A DNA stretch of 36,583 nucleotides, taken from a virus. Its lineage: Duplodnaviria; Caudoviricetes. The position numbers were made by a program, and so were the translations under genes. Shown one piece after another: positions 8,915 to 18,700 of this stretch (the stretch's first letter is position 1; each line of letters begins with the position of its first letter). The stretch covers positions 1-36,583 of IMG/VR virus record IMGVR_UViG_3300044631_002517; one strand, written 5' to 3'. The notes beneath the pieces were generated by a model. That model worked only from the letters and a program-made list of their open reading frames with translations, searched no databases and was not told the origin of the DNA.

Positions 8915-9607
8915 ATGGCAAAGATTACACGCATAGGTCAGCTCGGTTCCTCTGGTGTTTCCAGTGGTCCGCATTTACATGCATATGTAAAGAACCTAGT
9001 TACTGGCGAGTACGAAAACCCTGAGTATCACCGCAGTAAATTTACAGGCGTACGAGTGGGTGCCAATAGGGTTCCCAAGTACATCACAGATAGCAAAGGG
9101 GAGTTGATCTTAAACCCTGCTGCAGGGTTGACAAAGACTTCCTCCTGGGGGCCACGCAACACAGGCATCCCCGGCGCAAGTACATACCATAGGGGCGTTG
9201 ATTACGGCGGCCAGGAGGGCACAGAGATCTACGTGGAAGGGGATGTTAAGTTCACTCCGCGCCCCAATGCAGGAGGCTACGGGAATCTGGCTACCTGGAC
9301 CACAGGAGACAATAAGTACGAACTTGGCTACGGTCACATGAAAACGCTTGGTGAAGCAACCGACCTCACCAATACAAGCGTATCTTCAACTCCTCGTGCT
9401 TCCTACGAAGACGCACAAGCCAAGACAAACGATTTAATCGAAGCGTTTATGCTTGGCACTAACTACCAGCCACGCGAGAAGAAGCAAACCAAAGAGCCTC
9501 AATCATTACTTGGTGCATTTAAGAATCAATTGCTGGGCGGGATTCTTCAAAACGCAATGAATCCTATTGCAAGTATTGTGGATCAAGCTGGTGACACTGT
9601 CGCTTGA
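8915..9607 (+). CDS. M23-family metallopeptidase, circularly permuted
   Basis: GPHLH at residues 18-22 precedes HRGVD (92-96), GYGN and YGH (139-141). Confidence 0.8.
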   Translation: MAKITRIGQLGSSGVSSGPHLHAYVKNLVTGEYENPEYHRSKFTGVRVGANRVPKYITDSKGELILNPAAGLTKTSSWGPRNTGIPGASTYHRGVDYGGQEGTEIYVEGDVKFTPRPNAGGYGNLATWTTGDNKYELGYGHMKTLGEATDLTNTSVSSTPRASYEDAQAKTNDLIEAFMLGTNYQPREKKQTKEPQSLLGAFKNQLLGGILQNAMNPIASIVDQAGDTVA

Positions 9608-9647
9608 TTTGTTGCTTTTATAATAAAAGGTACACTGGAACATAGAA

Positions 9648-10109
9648 GTGCAATTTAGCGACTTCGACAAAAGTAGGATTAGGTATCATCTGGGATACTT
9701 CACTGTTTCTGTGCCAGCGGGTGATTATGCTCGTCTGGAAGAGGCGATGAATACAGTCCCCGATTCCTATTTTTACGATAAAATTGTTATCCAGATTGGG
9801 CGTTGCGATACGGCCGAAAAGAAGACAGAGGTTGCATCTTCTCCTTCTACTCGGATTGAAAATATTGTTGGCGACGTTGACCGTACTATTCGGTCGAGCA
9901 ATGCCAAGGAAGCGCTAAAAGTTTGGGACGAGATTTATCTCTACGAAACAAATCGTCTAGCCGGCATTCTTTACGTTCCTAACTACAAAGATCCGTACCA
10001 AGCTCGTTACCGTTACGAACGTTCTGGTGCAGAATTTATCCAGGCATTACCTGGACCTGCTGATACGGCAGTTGGTTCCCGTATTTACTTACATGAGGTT
10101 TGGAGGTAA
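9648..10109 (+). CDS. Probable head completion/adaptor protein
   Basis: 153-aa helical ORF starting DKSRIRYHLGY in the post-capsid position; function inferred from position. Confidence 0.5.
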   Translation: MQFSDFDKSRIRYHLGYFTVSVPAGDYARLEEAMNTVPDSYFYDKIVIQIGRCDTAEKKTEVASSPSTRIENIVGDVDRTIRSSNAKEALKVWDEIYLYETNRLAGILYVPNYKDPYQARYRYERSGAEFIQALPGPADTAVGSRIYLHEVWR

Positions 10110-10111
10110 TT

Positions 10112-11185
10112 ATGCCTAGCTTTGCAACAGGAAAAGAACTTGCTGGTTTAAAGGGGCTACTTGGTCGCGCTGGTTATGGCGCAGGTGCTATTACGGCTCC
10201 CGCTTGGATGCCCGCCATTTTTAACCAAGGACAGTCTTCTTCTGCAACCAGTGCTGCTGTTAATCGTGCAGCCCAAACAATGCCTGGCTTAAGACCAAAC
10301 CCTCAAACTGACATTGGCCGGCGAGCAGGTAATGAACTCCAATACATTGGTGGTCAACTTTTGCAGGGTCGGATGCCTTATGCAAAACCTGCAGTTGGCT
10401 CTATTCCTCCCAGTGCCAATGGTGAATCCTATCGTCGTGCTGAGTTGCGTTTAGGTGACGCAGCTAGGTCTGGTGGCGGTGGTGGCGGTGGTGGCAATGC
10501 AGGTTACTCAGTTCCTGCCGCTACTTCTCCTGGGTATTCTCCTGCTGCTGAACGCGCCTATCAACAGGAAGTTTCGCGTGTTGCCCAGCTGACCGCACAA
10601 GACCCTGAACTTCAGCGTTACGAACAGGCTCGCCAAAAAGCAATTGCTGCTGGCCCTGGTTCTGAGGCCGAACAATCTGCAGAAGATATGGGGATGCAGA
10701 TGTGGGCAAAGGCAAATCCCAAACTCGCAGCAAAAGTCAAGCCTGGTCAATCAGGTTACAATGCTATCCAACGCACCTTAAACGCTGGTCAGATGGGTGC
10801 TCCTGCCGACTTGGGTGCGTTCACTGGCACTGCTCCTGCAGGATTCCTTGGCGACTCTGGGGCTCCGGCGACTAGTAGTTACACTGGCGTCACCCCGGTC
10901 AACTTAGGCATGGGTGCAATTGGTCCCAATGCGTTGACCAATGCTTACAACATGCAGACCGCAAGCACCTTCAATAAATTCATGGAGGGGCCGACGTTAA
11001 GCAGCCAACCCCTTGGTGCACCTACTGCATCTACTGGTGAAGTTCCTACTTATTCCCAGTTGAGCCAACCTCAATCCTATGGGTTAGGTCCCATTCCTGG
11101 CCAAGAAGAAACTTTTGGTAGCGACGCCTCTCAAAAGTTTGCTAATACGTACGCCAAGAAGCTGCTGAACTTCCAGCCCATTTGA
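10112..11185 (+). CDS. Gly/Ala/Gln-rich probable internal virion protein
   Basis: GGAGG at 10102-10106 favours ATG 10112 over the TTG at 10100; poly-Gly linker. Confidence 0.6.
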   Translation: MPSFATGKELAGLKGLLGRAGYGAGAITAPAWMPAIFNQGQSSSATSAAVNRAAQTMPGLRPNPQTDIGRRAGNELQYIGGQLLQGRMPYAKPAVGSIPPSANGESYRRAELRLGDAARSGGGGGGGGNAGYSVPAATSPGYSPAAERAYQQEVSRVAQLTAQDPELQRYEQARQKAIAAGPGSEAEQSAEDMGMQMWAKANPKLAAKVKPGQSGYNAIQRTLNAGQMGAPADLGAFTGTAPAGFLGDSGAPATSSYTGVTPVNLGMGAIGPNALTNAYNMQTASTFNKFMEGPTLSSQPLGAPTASTGEVPTYSQLSQPQSYGLGPIPGQEETFGSDASQKFANTYAKKLLNFQPI

Positions 11186-11271
11186 TTTATCTGGCATTGC
11201 ATAGCATGTAAGCCCAGCCAACTGGACACAGATCTTTGATCTACGGGGGCCAGTGTTGTTGCTTTAAAACC

Positions 11272-11388
11272 ATGATTCTCTGTCCCAAGTTTGTTAAACG
11301 TACTTTGACCTATTTAGCTACGACCCTTGCGCTGCAAACCGTATTTATCCCTGGTCTCAAAGCAAGTTCAAATTGGGTAGGAGAATAA
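11272..11388 (+). CDS. 38-aa signal-peptide-like small protein (not in ORF track)
   Basis: MILCPKFVKRTLTYLATTLALQTVFIPGLKASSNWVGE; stop lies between tandem GGAGAA copies before the next gene. Confidence 0.5.
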   Translation: MILCPKFVKRTLTYLATTLALQTVFIPGLKASSNWVGE

Positions 11389-11398
11389 GGAGAACAAT

Positions 11399-12061
11399 AT
11401 GTCATTGAATCCCGCCGCCGCTATTGTTGCTCGCAAGTTAAAGCAACAAGGTTATAGCAACGCACAGATTGCAGGCGTCCTTGGTAATATCTCCCAAGAG
11501 TCTGGCTTTAATCCCCGTGTAAACGAGGGTGGCGCTGTTGGCGGGCCTATGGGACGTGGCGGGTATGGGTTGGCACAGTGGACGGGAAGCCGTCAGACTG
11601 ACCTTGTTAATTTTGCAAAAAATAGAAAGCTTGATCCAGGTGATGCCGGATTGCAAGCCGACTTTTTATTACATGAATTACAAGGACCTGAAAGCCGTGC
11701 TGCCGAATCCTTGCGTAAGGCACAATCACCTGAGCAAGCTGCTTTAGTTTTTCGTCGCGACTTTGAACGCGCCGGTATCCCCAAGGATGAGAACCGGATG
11801 CGTGCAGCTCGTGATGTACTGCCTAAACTACAGACGCTAGAAGGTGGGATTGATTTTGCGCCACCGGCTCTCCCTGGTGAGAAGCAAAGTGTTGCTTACC
11901 GTTTAGCAGCGGCAGGCATTGATCTCACTGGTGGCCAAGAAGAAGATCAAAGCACGACTGCTAATACACTGCTTGAGGCGTTTAAGCAACAAGTAATTCC
12001 CACGATACTTCCGCAAGGTATTATGGGTATTGGTGCAGTCAGTCCGTTCCAGGTGTACTAA
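11399..12061 (+). CDS. Phage tail lysozyme-family (Phage_lysozyme2-like) virion muralytic protein
   Basis: AGVLGNISQESGFNP, GYGLAQWTGSR, QADFLLHEL, FERAG; AAGGAG ribosome-binding site. Confidence 0.85.
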   Translation: MSLNPAAAIVARKLKQQGYSNAQIAGVLGNISQESGFNPRVNEGGAVGGPMGRGGYGLAQWTGSRQTDLVNFAKNRKLDPGDAGLQADFLLHELQGPESRAAESLRKAQSPEQAALVFRRDFERAGIPKDENRMRAARDVLPKLQTLEGGIDFAPPALPGEKQSVAYRLAAAGIDLTGGQEEDQSTTANTLLEAFKQQVIPTILPQGIMGIGAVSPFQVY

Positions 12062-12357
12062 TGGACCGTCGAGATTACGTTGGTAGCGAAGATGTATTAC
12101 CAGGAGATTACAACCGTTATCTCTCTGGTAAAGACTCAGCCAAGCCTAGCCCCACTCGGGATATTCAATACAGACTGGCCAAGCTGTACAAGGTAGATGA
12201 TTTCAACCGTCTAGCCTCTTCCGTTGCTGGGGCGCCAAGGTCTGAATCGTTCCAGCGTTTTCTCGCTCTTCAACAAGACCCTGATCTTCTTGCAAGGGCA
12301 TCGATGAAGATGCCCAATACACCCTTCGGACCGTTGGGCAGTTTTGCTGAAAGCTAA
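12061..12357 (+). CDS. Hypothetical protein, 98 aa
   Basis: TAATG coupling to the lysozyme gene. Confidence 0.55.
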   Translation: MDRRDYVGSEDVLPGDYNRYLSGKDSAKPSPTRDIQYRLAKLYKVDDFNRLASSVAGAPRSESFQRFLALQQDPDLLARASMKMPNTPFGPLGSFAES

Positions 12358-12424
12358 TTCAGCTAGAATGAGCTTACAAAACACAAGCGGCCTAGCACGA
12401 AAGGCTGCATACCGGAAGTAGTAA

Positions 12425-13210
12425 ATGTCATCGACATCAACAAATAAACAGCCCTTATTGGTTGACCGCCCGCTCATTGACGTGGTGCGAGTCACAACGC
12501 AAACAGTTGGCAGTGCTACTACCAACACGTTATTTGTGCAGGGTGGCCAGGCGCCTTCTATTTTGGTTGACATGGACGCAACCTTAAGCGAAGACAATAG
12601 CTCTGGTGGTGTCATTGATTCAATTACCATCACGCGTAATGATCATTACCGTGATGCAGACTATGAAGTCAAGACGGCAACTTCTGGTACGCCCATTTCT
12701 TTGGTCAGCGGCCAGACTGTATTTATTTCACAGACAGGAATCCTGACCGGCGGTGGTGCACCTTTTTCCGGTTATGGTTATTACACCTATACCGGTGCGG
12801 CCACGCTGACTGGTGTTAATACTGCATTGAATTATTCGGGCGGTACTGCGTCTGGCTTTGCCTATAACGGTATTTCCTATGGTTATCAGCAAGCTGTAAC
12901 CTTTGTGTTTTACCACACACGTGGTACAACAACTCCCATTCCTGGTTCGGGTGACTACCGCATTTTATTTGCTAAAACGGTCCCCACAAATACACAGACC
13001 GTTGATTGTTCGGATCTGATGCCACAATTGGCAGTGCCTGCAGTTGCCGCAGGTAATACAACTGGCCTTGGTGAGACTGCTCCCCTGCGTAATAAAGGCA
13101 TTTACCTGGAACGTGGCGACCGTATTTACGTTGGTGTGTTCCCTGACGGTCCCAACAGCTCTGGTTATCTTCCAGGGGCTCACGTTATTGCGCAAGGCGG
13201 CTTCTTCTAA
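12425..13210 (+). CDS. Probable structural (tail/neck) protein
   Basis: T/G/S-rich beta-type composition, inside the structural module. Confidence 0.55.
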   Translation: MSSTSTNKQPLLVDRPLIDVVRVTTQTVGSATTNTLFVQGGQAPSILVDMDATLSEDNSSGGVIDSITITRNDHYRDADYEVKTATSGTPISLVSGQTVFISQTGILTGGGAPFSGYGYYTYTGAATLTGVNTALNYSGGTASGFAYNGISYGYQQAVTFVFYHTRGTTTPIPGSGDYRILFAKTVPTNTQTVDCSDLMPQLAVPAVAAGNTTGLGETAPLRNKGIYLERGDRIYVGVFPDGPNSSGYLPGAHVIAQGGFF

Positions 13211-13213
13211 GTC

Positions 13214-14776
13214 ATGGCCCCAAAGGGCGGAGATAAGTTCGGATCCTTTGTCAAATCTTTTGACAAGGATTCTTTTCGTTTAAAACCTATTACAACTGAA
13301 TTTTCCTCTGGTTCTGTACCTAACTCATTAAGTGCAATAAACAGAGAATCGGCATGGTCCCGTTGGCGCAGAGGGTATGAAATTGCCACTGCTTGTTTTT
13401 ACGACAATGCATATGAGTATCCTTTTAGCTACGTAATTCCTGTGCCAGCCGGAACACCGGCTTCTGTTGCAGCAGCACAACCAACCATCCCTGGAACCTT
13501 CATCGGATTCCCCACTAAGAACAAAGAGTTTGGTATGCACTGGGCAGGGACCCGACTGGCGGGTTCTTTGCGATGCGACAACTTGATTGACAAGACGACA
13601 GGCACCAGGCTTTACATTGAAATGGTGACGGAGGATACCGCGTACTGGTACGTCAAGCTGGCCGGTAACTGGAGCACGAGTAATCCACTGCCTCCACCGT
13701 TCTACGTGGCCCTTCCTGGCGTTCCTAACGGCCTTAGAGCGATCAATGGGGAGATCCTGGAGGACCGCGTAATTAATGTGGGTGACCCTCCGATCACCAA
13801 AGAAACAATTGATCCGGCAACTCAAAAACGATATGGCTACATCCAAGCTGTCATTGTGGAAACGTATCCGTTCACTGGAATCTTAAAGCTGCGCAAGTCG
13901 GGTTCTGTTGAAGCCACGCCTGACGCTGCGCTGATCACACCAGCAACCAAAGGCCCAAGCCCTAATAGATACTTGATAACAGGTGCACGATACTGTTGCT
14001 CTTGCCAAGATTTTACACATCGTGATTACTCATTCATGAATACTCTTGGCGAAGGTACTAAGAGGATCTTCCCACGTACAAGTATTGCTTCTATTAAGCC
14101 TGGTCGATATGAAAAAACAAGATTGAACGGAAAGCTAAACAACAATGCAATGACGAGTGCGACGGTTGATCGCAAGATGGATATTATTGCACCCTCAGCG
14201 CAATACACGGTTCCACCTGAAGTAAACACAGTATCAACAGTGGATTCAGATGCAACCAGAGATTTTGCTGGGGTGTTCCGTGAGTTTGGTGCCACCTACC
14301 TAAGGAGTACAACAAACCCTTCTATTCCTGGCTCCAGGGCAGAAGGGATGCCTTCCTATGAAGACTACACTTCGGCCAATGGACAGATCATTTCAATTAC
14401 GGATTTCTGGACACCGTTACTAGATGAGATGCGTTATTGCAAACATATCTATGCCATGAAGTTTGCGGAAGGTAATTTTCCGCCAGAACCATCTGATTTC
14501 CCAGTGGAAGAAGGAAGCATGGCTGCGTGGGAGCAAAGGTTGGTTGATCAAACTGAAAATGAACAGAAGGAGTTGATTGCGGCGGACTTGTCAAGAACAT
14601 CTTTGTCGATGATGGATGTACCTCCATACAATTGCCAATCACCAATGATGATGCCGATGATGCAGAAACTGTTTAACATTCCCGCTAACTTTGTCATGAT
14701 GAGAGGCTTTACAATGTATGACAAAGATGGCACTGCATACAAGCCATCGTTAGGTCAAAATCCTTCTTCATCATGA
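13214..14776 (+). CDS. Protein with a split SWIM-like zinc-binding motif
   Basis: YCCSCQDF ... YCKHIYA. Confidence 0.55.
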   Translation: MAPKGGDKFGSFVKSFDKDSFRLKPITTEFSSGSVPNSLSAINRESAWSRWRRGYEIATACFYDNAYEYPFSYVIPVPAGTPASVAAAQPTIPGTFIGFPTKNKEFGMHWAGTRLAGSLRCDNLIDKTTGTRLYIEMVTEDTAYWYVKLAGNWSTSNPLPPPFYVALPGVPNGLRAINGEILEDRVINVGDPPITKETIDPATQKRYGYIQAVIVETYPFTGILKLRKSGSVEATPDAALITPATKGPSPNRYLITGARYCCSCQDFTHRDYSFMNTLGEGTKRIFPRTSIASIKPGRYEKTRLNGKLNNNAMTSATVDRKMDIIAPSAQYTVPPEVNTVSTVDSDATRDFAGVFREFGATYLRSTTNPSIPGSRAEGMPSYEDYTSANGQIISITDFWTPLLDEMRYCKHIYAMKFAEGNFPPEPSDFPVEEGSMAAWEQRLVDQTENEQKELIAADLSRTSLSMMDVPPYNCQSPMMMPMMQKLFNIPANFVMMRGFTMYDKDGTAYKPSLGQNPSSS

Positions 14777-15003
14777 CAACGCCAAACTTTGGAGATGTTG
14801 TAGATACAAACTTTATTTACTCACAAGAGCAGGATGATGTTCGTAAATACGGTTTTAGTGAGGTCCAAGTAAGCGGAAGGCCTACCATTTATCATGCTGG
14901 AGATGTTGTGCACTTACCTTTTGCTTCAGGTGAGATATCAACAATTGAAGCTGTGGGACTAGCTTGGTCTGGTTACGTGAACGGCATTCCGCCAGAAGAA
15001 TAG
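14773..15003 (+). CDS. Hypothetical protein, 76 aa
   Basis: ATGA coupling upstream; followed by a terminator. Confidence 0.6.
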   Translation: MTTPNFGDVVDTNFIYSQEQDDVRKYGFSEVQVSGRPTIYHAGDVVHLPFASGEISTIEAVGLAWSGYVNGIPPEE

Positions 15004-15005
15004 AT

Positions 15006-15040
15006 AAAATAAAGCCCCGTTCAGGACGGGGCATTTGATT
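15006..15040. terminator. Probable bidirectional terminator between convergent genes
   Basis: GCCCCGT-TCAGG-ACGGGGC (15014-15032) with an A-tract on the left and ATTTGATT on the right. Confidence 0.75.
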
Positions 15041-15055
15041 AACGTTTAATCAGCT

Positions 15056-15274
15056 TCAGACAGCAGTTGGCTGCATCTCAAGTTTTTTCAGATGCTTGCG
15101 CACGGCAGAAACGTTCCAGCGGTAGCTGTCACGTGAACGAGTCTCAGGGAACGCAGCGAAGTGCGGGCCAAGTTTCAGCGTACCATTGTCGCGATACTTG
15201 AAGAGAGTTTTGCGATCAATGCCGAGGAGTTCTTCCGCTTGCTGAACGGAGACCCAACCGGGATGCTTAGCCAT
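15056..15274 (-). CDS. Small excisionase/MerR-like HTH DNA-binding protein
   Basis: WVSVQQAEELLGIDRKTLFKYRDNGTLKLG.HF...YRWNV; ATG at 15274 preferred over the TTG at 15280. Confidence 0.75.
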   Translation of the reverse strand: MAKHPGWVSVQQAEELLGIDRKTLFKYRDNGTLKLGPHFAAFPETRSRDSYRWNVSAVRKHLKKLEMQPTAV

Positions 15275-15298
15275 GACCAAGGAGGTGCTTACAGACGT

Positions 15299-15326
15299 AA
15301 CTTACACCATGTCAAGGGTCTGTCAA
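15299..15326 (-). promoter_or_regulatory. Candidate sigma70-type promoter for the HTH gene
   Basis: Minus strand TTGACA-N16-TAAGTT; a second TTGACA sits at 15310-15315. Confidence 0.4.
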
Positions 15327-15409
15327 CAGCCTTAAGAAAAACTTTATCTCTTTACTTAAGCGAGAACAAATACAGGTCAAATTAAAATAGATTAACAGCA
15401 CAAAAGAGT

Positions 15410-15772
15410 ATGTTCAATTGCGAACAGGAACCCCTCGCCCTGCTCATTGAATTAACTCCGAAGCTAGCCAAGAAACGTTACCGCCAATCTATATACGACG
15501 CCTGGGACTGCAAATGTGCTTATTGCGAGGCGGATGCCACATCATTGGATCATGTAATTCCCAGGTTTAAATCAGGGTCGAGCAACAGAACTAACCTTGT
15601 TCCAGCCTGTCGCAGATGCAATACGTCCAAGGCAAGCGCCAAGATGAACGATTGGTTTGAACAGCAAGAATTCTTTACTCAAGCTAGGATGGATAGAATT
15701 AATGCCTGGATCAAACAAGAACCATTTGACGTTTTTGTTTGTGATTTAACCGTGCTTAGGGAAGCTGTTTAA
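15410..15772 (+). CDS. HNH endonuclease
   Basis: CAYC...LDHVIP...GSSNRTNLVPACRRCN. Confidence 0.88.
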   Translation: MFNCEQEPLALLIELTPKLAKKRYRQSIYDAWDCKCAYCEADATSLDHVIPRFKSGSSNRTNLVPACRRCNTSKASAKMNDWFEQQEFFTQARMDRINAWIKQEPFDVFVCDLTVLREAV

Positions 15773-15773
15773 G

Positions 15774-18700
15774 ATGCCAATTTCATATGATGCAAGAAAA
15801 AAACAATGGAGCATTGGCTATGAAAACGAAAAGAATCCAATAGCAAATACTGTATCTATTACTCGTGATGTATGGGTATACGAGCGTAGTACTCAGCCTG
15901 TCGTAATAAAAGGACAAACAACATATCCACTCATTCCCGTGCAAGTTAAACGCACGGCGACTGTTCCCGTTAACGGTGGTTATCAGGATGTAATTAATGC
16001 ATTAAATGAAGCAGGTATTCCTAACCCAAAACCATGGGAGGCGGAAAACGCGTTAAAAGCAGAACAGTTAATTGCTCGTGGAAACAATGATGCGAACACT
16101 AAAAAAAATAATGAAGCCGAAAAAGTAAACTCTTTATACAGGGCGATAGATGGTTACTCAAAAGTTGCCAAGCCTGGTGAATATCTACAGTACAAAAAGA
16201 CAATTGACAACTCTGGTGTAGATGAAGAAGTCAAAAAAAATGTTAAAGCTGCTTTTGATTCGTTTTATACCACTCAAGTTGTTTCTCCCTGGGACACAAA
16301 GAACGGCTCCAAAGTTCCTTTTGAAGGCTTTGAGAACGTAATTCGTTTTGATCCAAATTATTATGGTTCAACAGCAATTGGCAAAACATCTAAAGAAGCA
16401 TGGGACAAAGCAGTAGCGGAGGGAAATCTTGATATTCTTGGTAGATACCCTAATTACGAAGCTTATTCATATTGGCATTACAGTAATGTTGGTCAAAACG
16501 ACGCCAAGAAAAAGGGCGAGCGCGATCCAGGTTTCAAGCCTCTTACACCTACCGATGGGTTTGAATATGGCAAGGTAGAAGAATCTGTCCCTGGCAAAAC
16601 AGATGCTGCTCGTCAGTTTGAACGCGATAAAATTGCGACCGATATTCTCGGCTTAAAACAAACAACTGAAGGTTATCAACTTCGCGATGTTGCTAGTCAA
16701 TACAGAAATCTTGTCACTAGCAACGCACAGCTAAAAGATCAATGGAGTACAGCAAAGTCAGAAATTTTATACGCAGAGCGTTTTCCCAAAGAGGCCAAAC
16801 AACCTTGGGCACAGCTTTACGAAGCAGTAAAGGAAGCCACTGGGGCCGAGCCAGAGATCCAGTCAGAGGCTGGTTTTGGTGAACTGCTGACCAAAGCATA
16901 TCAACTGGACTCGGCCCAGTATCCAGGTGCACAGAAGTTAATTAAAGATATTCAAGCCAACAAAGAAATAGGAGCGGTTGACACAAGGTTATCCGAATAT
17001 GACACAGCAATAACCAAAGTTGCAGGTGAAGCTGAAGCCAAACAAACTGAAAAAGCAGCCGTATTTCAAAAGCAGTTTTTAGAGGACTCACGCAGAGCTT
17101 TAATTGAAGCAAAAAAAGCAGAGCAAAAGTTTGACCTATTAAGTGGCACTTCATTCGGCCAAGAGATTCTTGGTATGCGTGAAAATATTGCCAACTCTAT
17201 TTTGCAGGAATCAGGAGTAGGCGGCATTCTTTCCCTGGGAGGGCAACAAAAAGATGATCTCGCTCAAAAATTTAACTTGTCATTAGACACAGGAAAAGTA
17301 TTTGGAAGCAACAATGGCTTGTTATATAACTGGGAAAAATGGTTCTTTGATGAGATTGAGAAAAAATATGCGGGTGGCCTAGACGTACCGAATGATTACG
17401 TCCCTGGTTACCAACGCAATATTGACAATGGTTTTGTCACGGAAGAACAGGTTAAATCCTGGAAACAATATGACGATGCATATAATACGTTACAAAAGGA
17501 TCCTGGTAATATCAGTGCTCAGCAAAAAGTTAATGCAGCCAATTTACCCAAGGATTACGTTCCAATTAACCAACGTAAAACAACAAAACAAGAGTGGATC
17601 GATTATGAAGCAGCACGTCGTGCCAAGGGGTGGGTTGATAATGACACGTTAGCTGAATGGTCGGACTACGATGACGCATACAAAACATTAAACAATCCGA
17701 CAGCGACGCAAGAAGAAAAGCAAAAAGCACAAGAAATTTACAACAATAAACCAGCGGACTACCTGGAACCAGGTAAACGAATTGATTCTGATATTCAATT
17801 TGCGCAAGACTTTTTTAATGATTACTTGATGCCTCGGTTTAACGCGTCAAAATCAATCAGCGAATTTAGAGATTATATTAACGTAGATAAGGACAAGCAA
17901 AACATTTTTCAAACGGAAGACCGTCTGCAAAGTTTAAAAAATGCGGCGGAATCGGCTTCTGTTTCCTGGATGAAAGCCCTTGACTCCCTGGGGACAAGTA
18001 AGTTTAATGCTGATTATTACTTTGACCCAGGTAAGTACTACCTTGAAAAAGGTGTTGGCACGGAAGGAAAATCTCCTGTGCTTTTGGGGGACCAGTTTCA
18101 AAAGGAATGGGGCAGCACCATTCCCGATCAATACATTAAGCAAAAGACTGATATTTCAAATGATTGGGAGAAAGCAAAGGCTGGCGAGATAACAAAAGAT
18201 GATAACGGCAATGATATTAATTGGCAAGCCAAAGCATACCTATATGGTTTTGACGTAAACAACAAAGAAGATTTTGCCAAGCTGCACTATGAAGTATTAG
18301 GACAAGCCAGGCAGTACGACTCGGCTCCTGATGTATTTAACCCACGCATTGCGCAGATCTATTTAAAGCAGGTACTGACGCCCTACCTTGCCGATAAATA
18401 CGCACAAATTGGAACGGTCTTTGGTCAGTTTGTGAACCCAGAAGAGTTTGCCGATGAGTTTGTAAATAAACTAGACCCGTTAAAAAATAAAGAACAAACA
18501 GAGAAAGTCTTAAAGCTTTATGGCCTGGATCCAAATACAGAAGATCTTACTCAATTAAAGAAAATGATCTCTGATAGCATACGCAGTTCGGATGCCTTGG
18601 ACATTAGAGAGCAAATTAAAAAACTTAATCAAGAAAGTGAAACTCCAACACAAGAACTGTTGGGCGTTGAGTACATTCAACGTGCTTCCGATAAAAGGGA

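Noticed and set aside
11190-11270. Assignment to a known ribozyme or riboswitch (hammerhead, pistol, glutamine, wcaG)
   Set aside because: I could not match the conserved cores by eye, so it is kept only as an unassigned structured candidate pending an Rfam search.
15056-15274. Excisionase as evidence of a temperate lifestyle
   Set aside because: No integrase, repressor or att-like site is in the window, and this HTH class is common in lytic phages.
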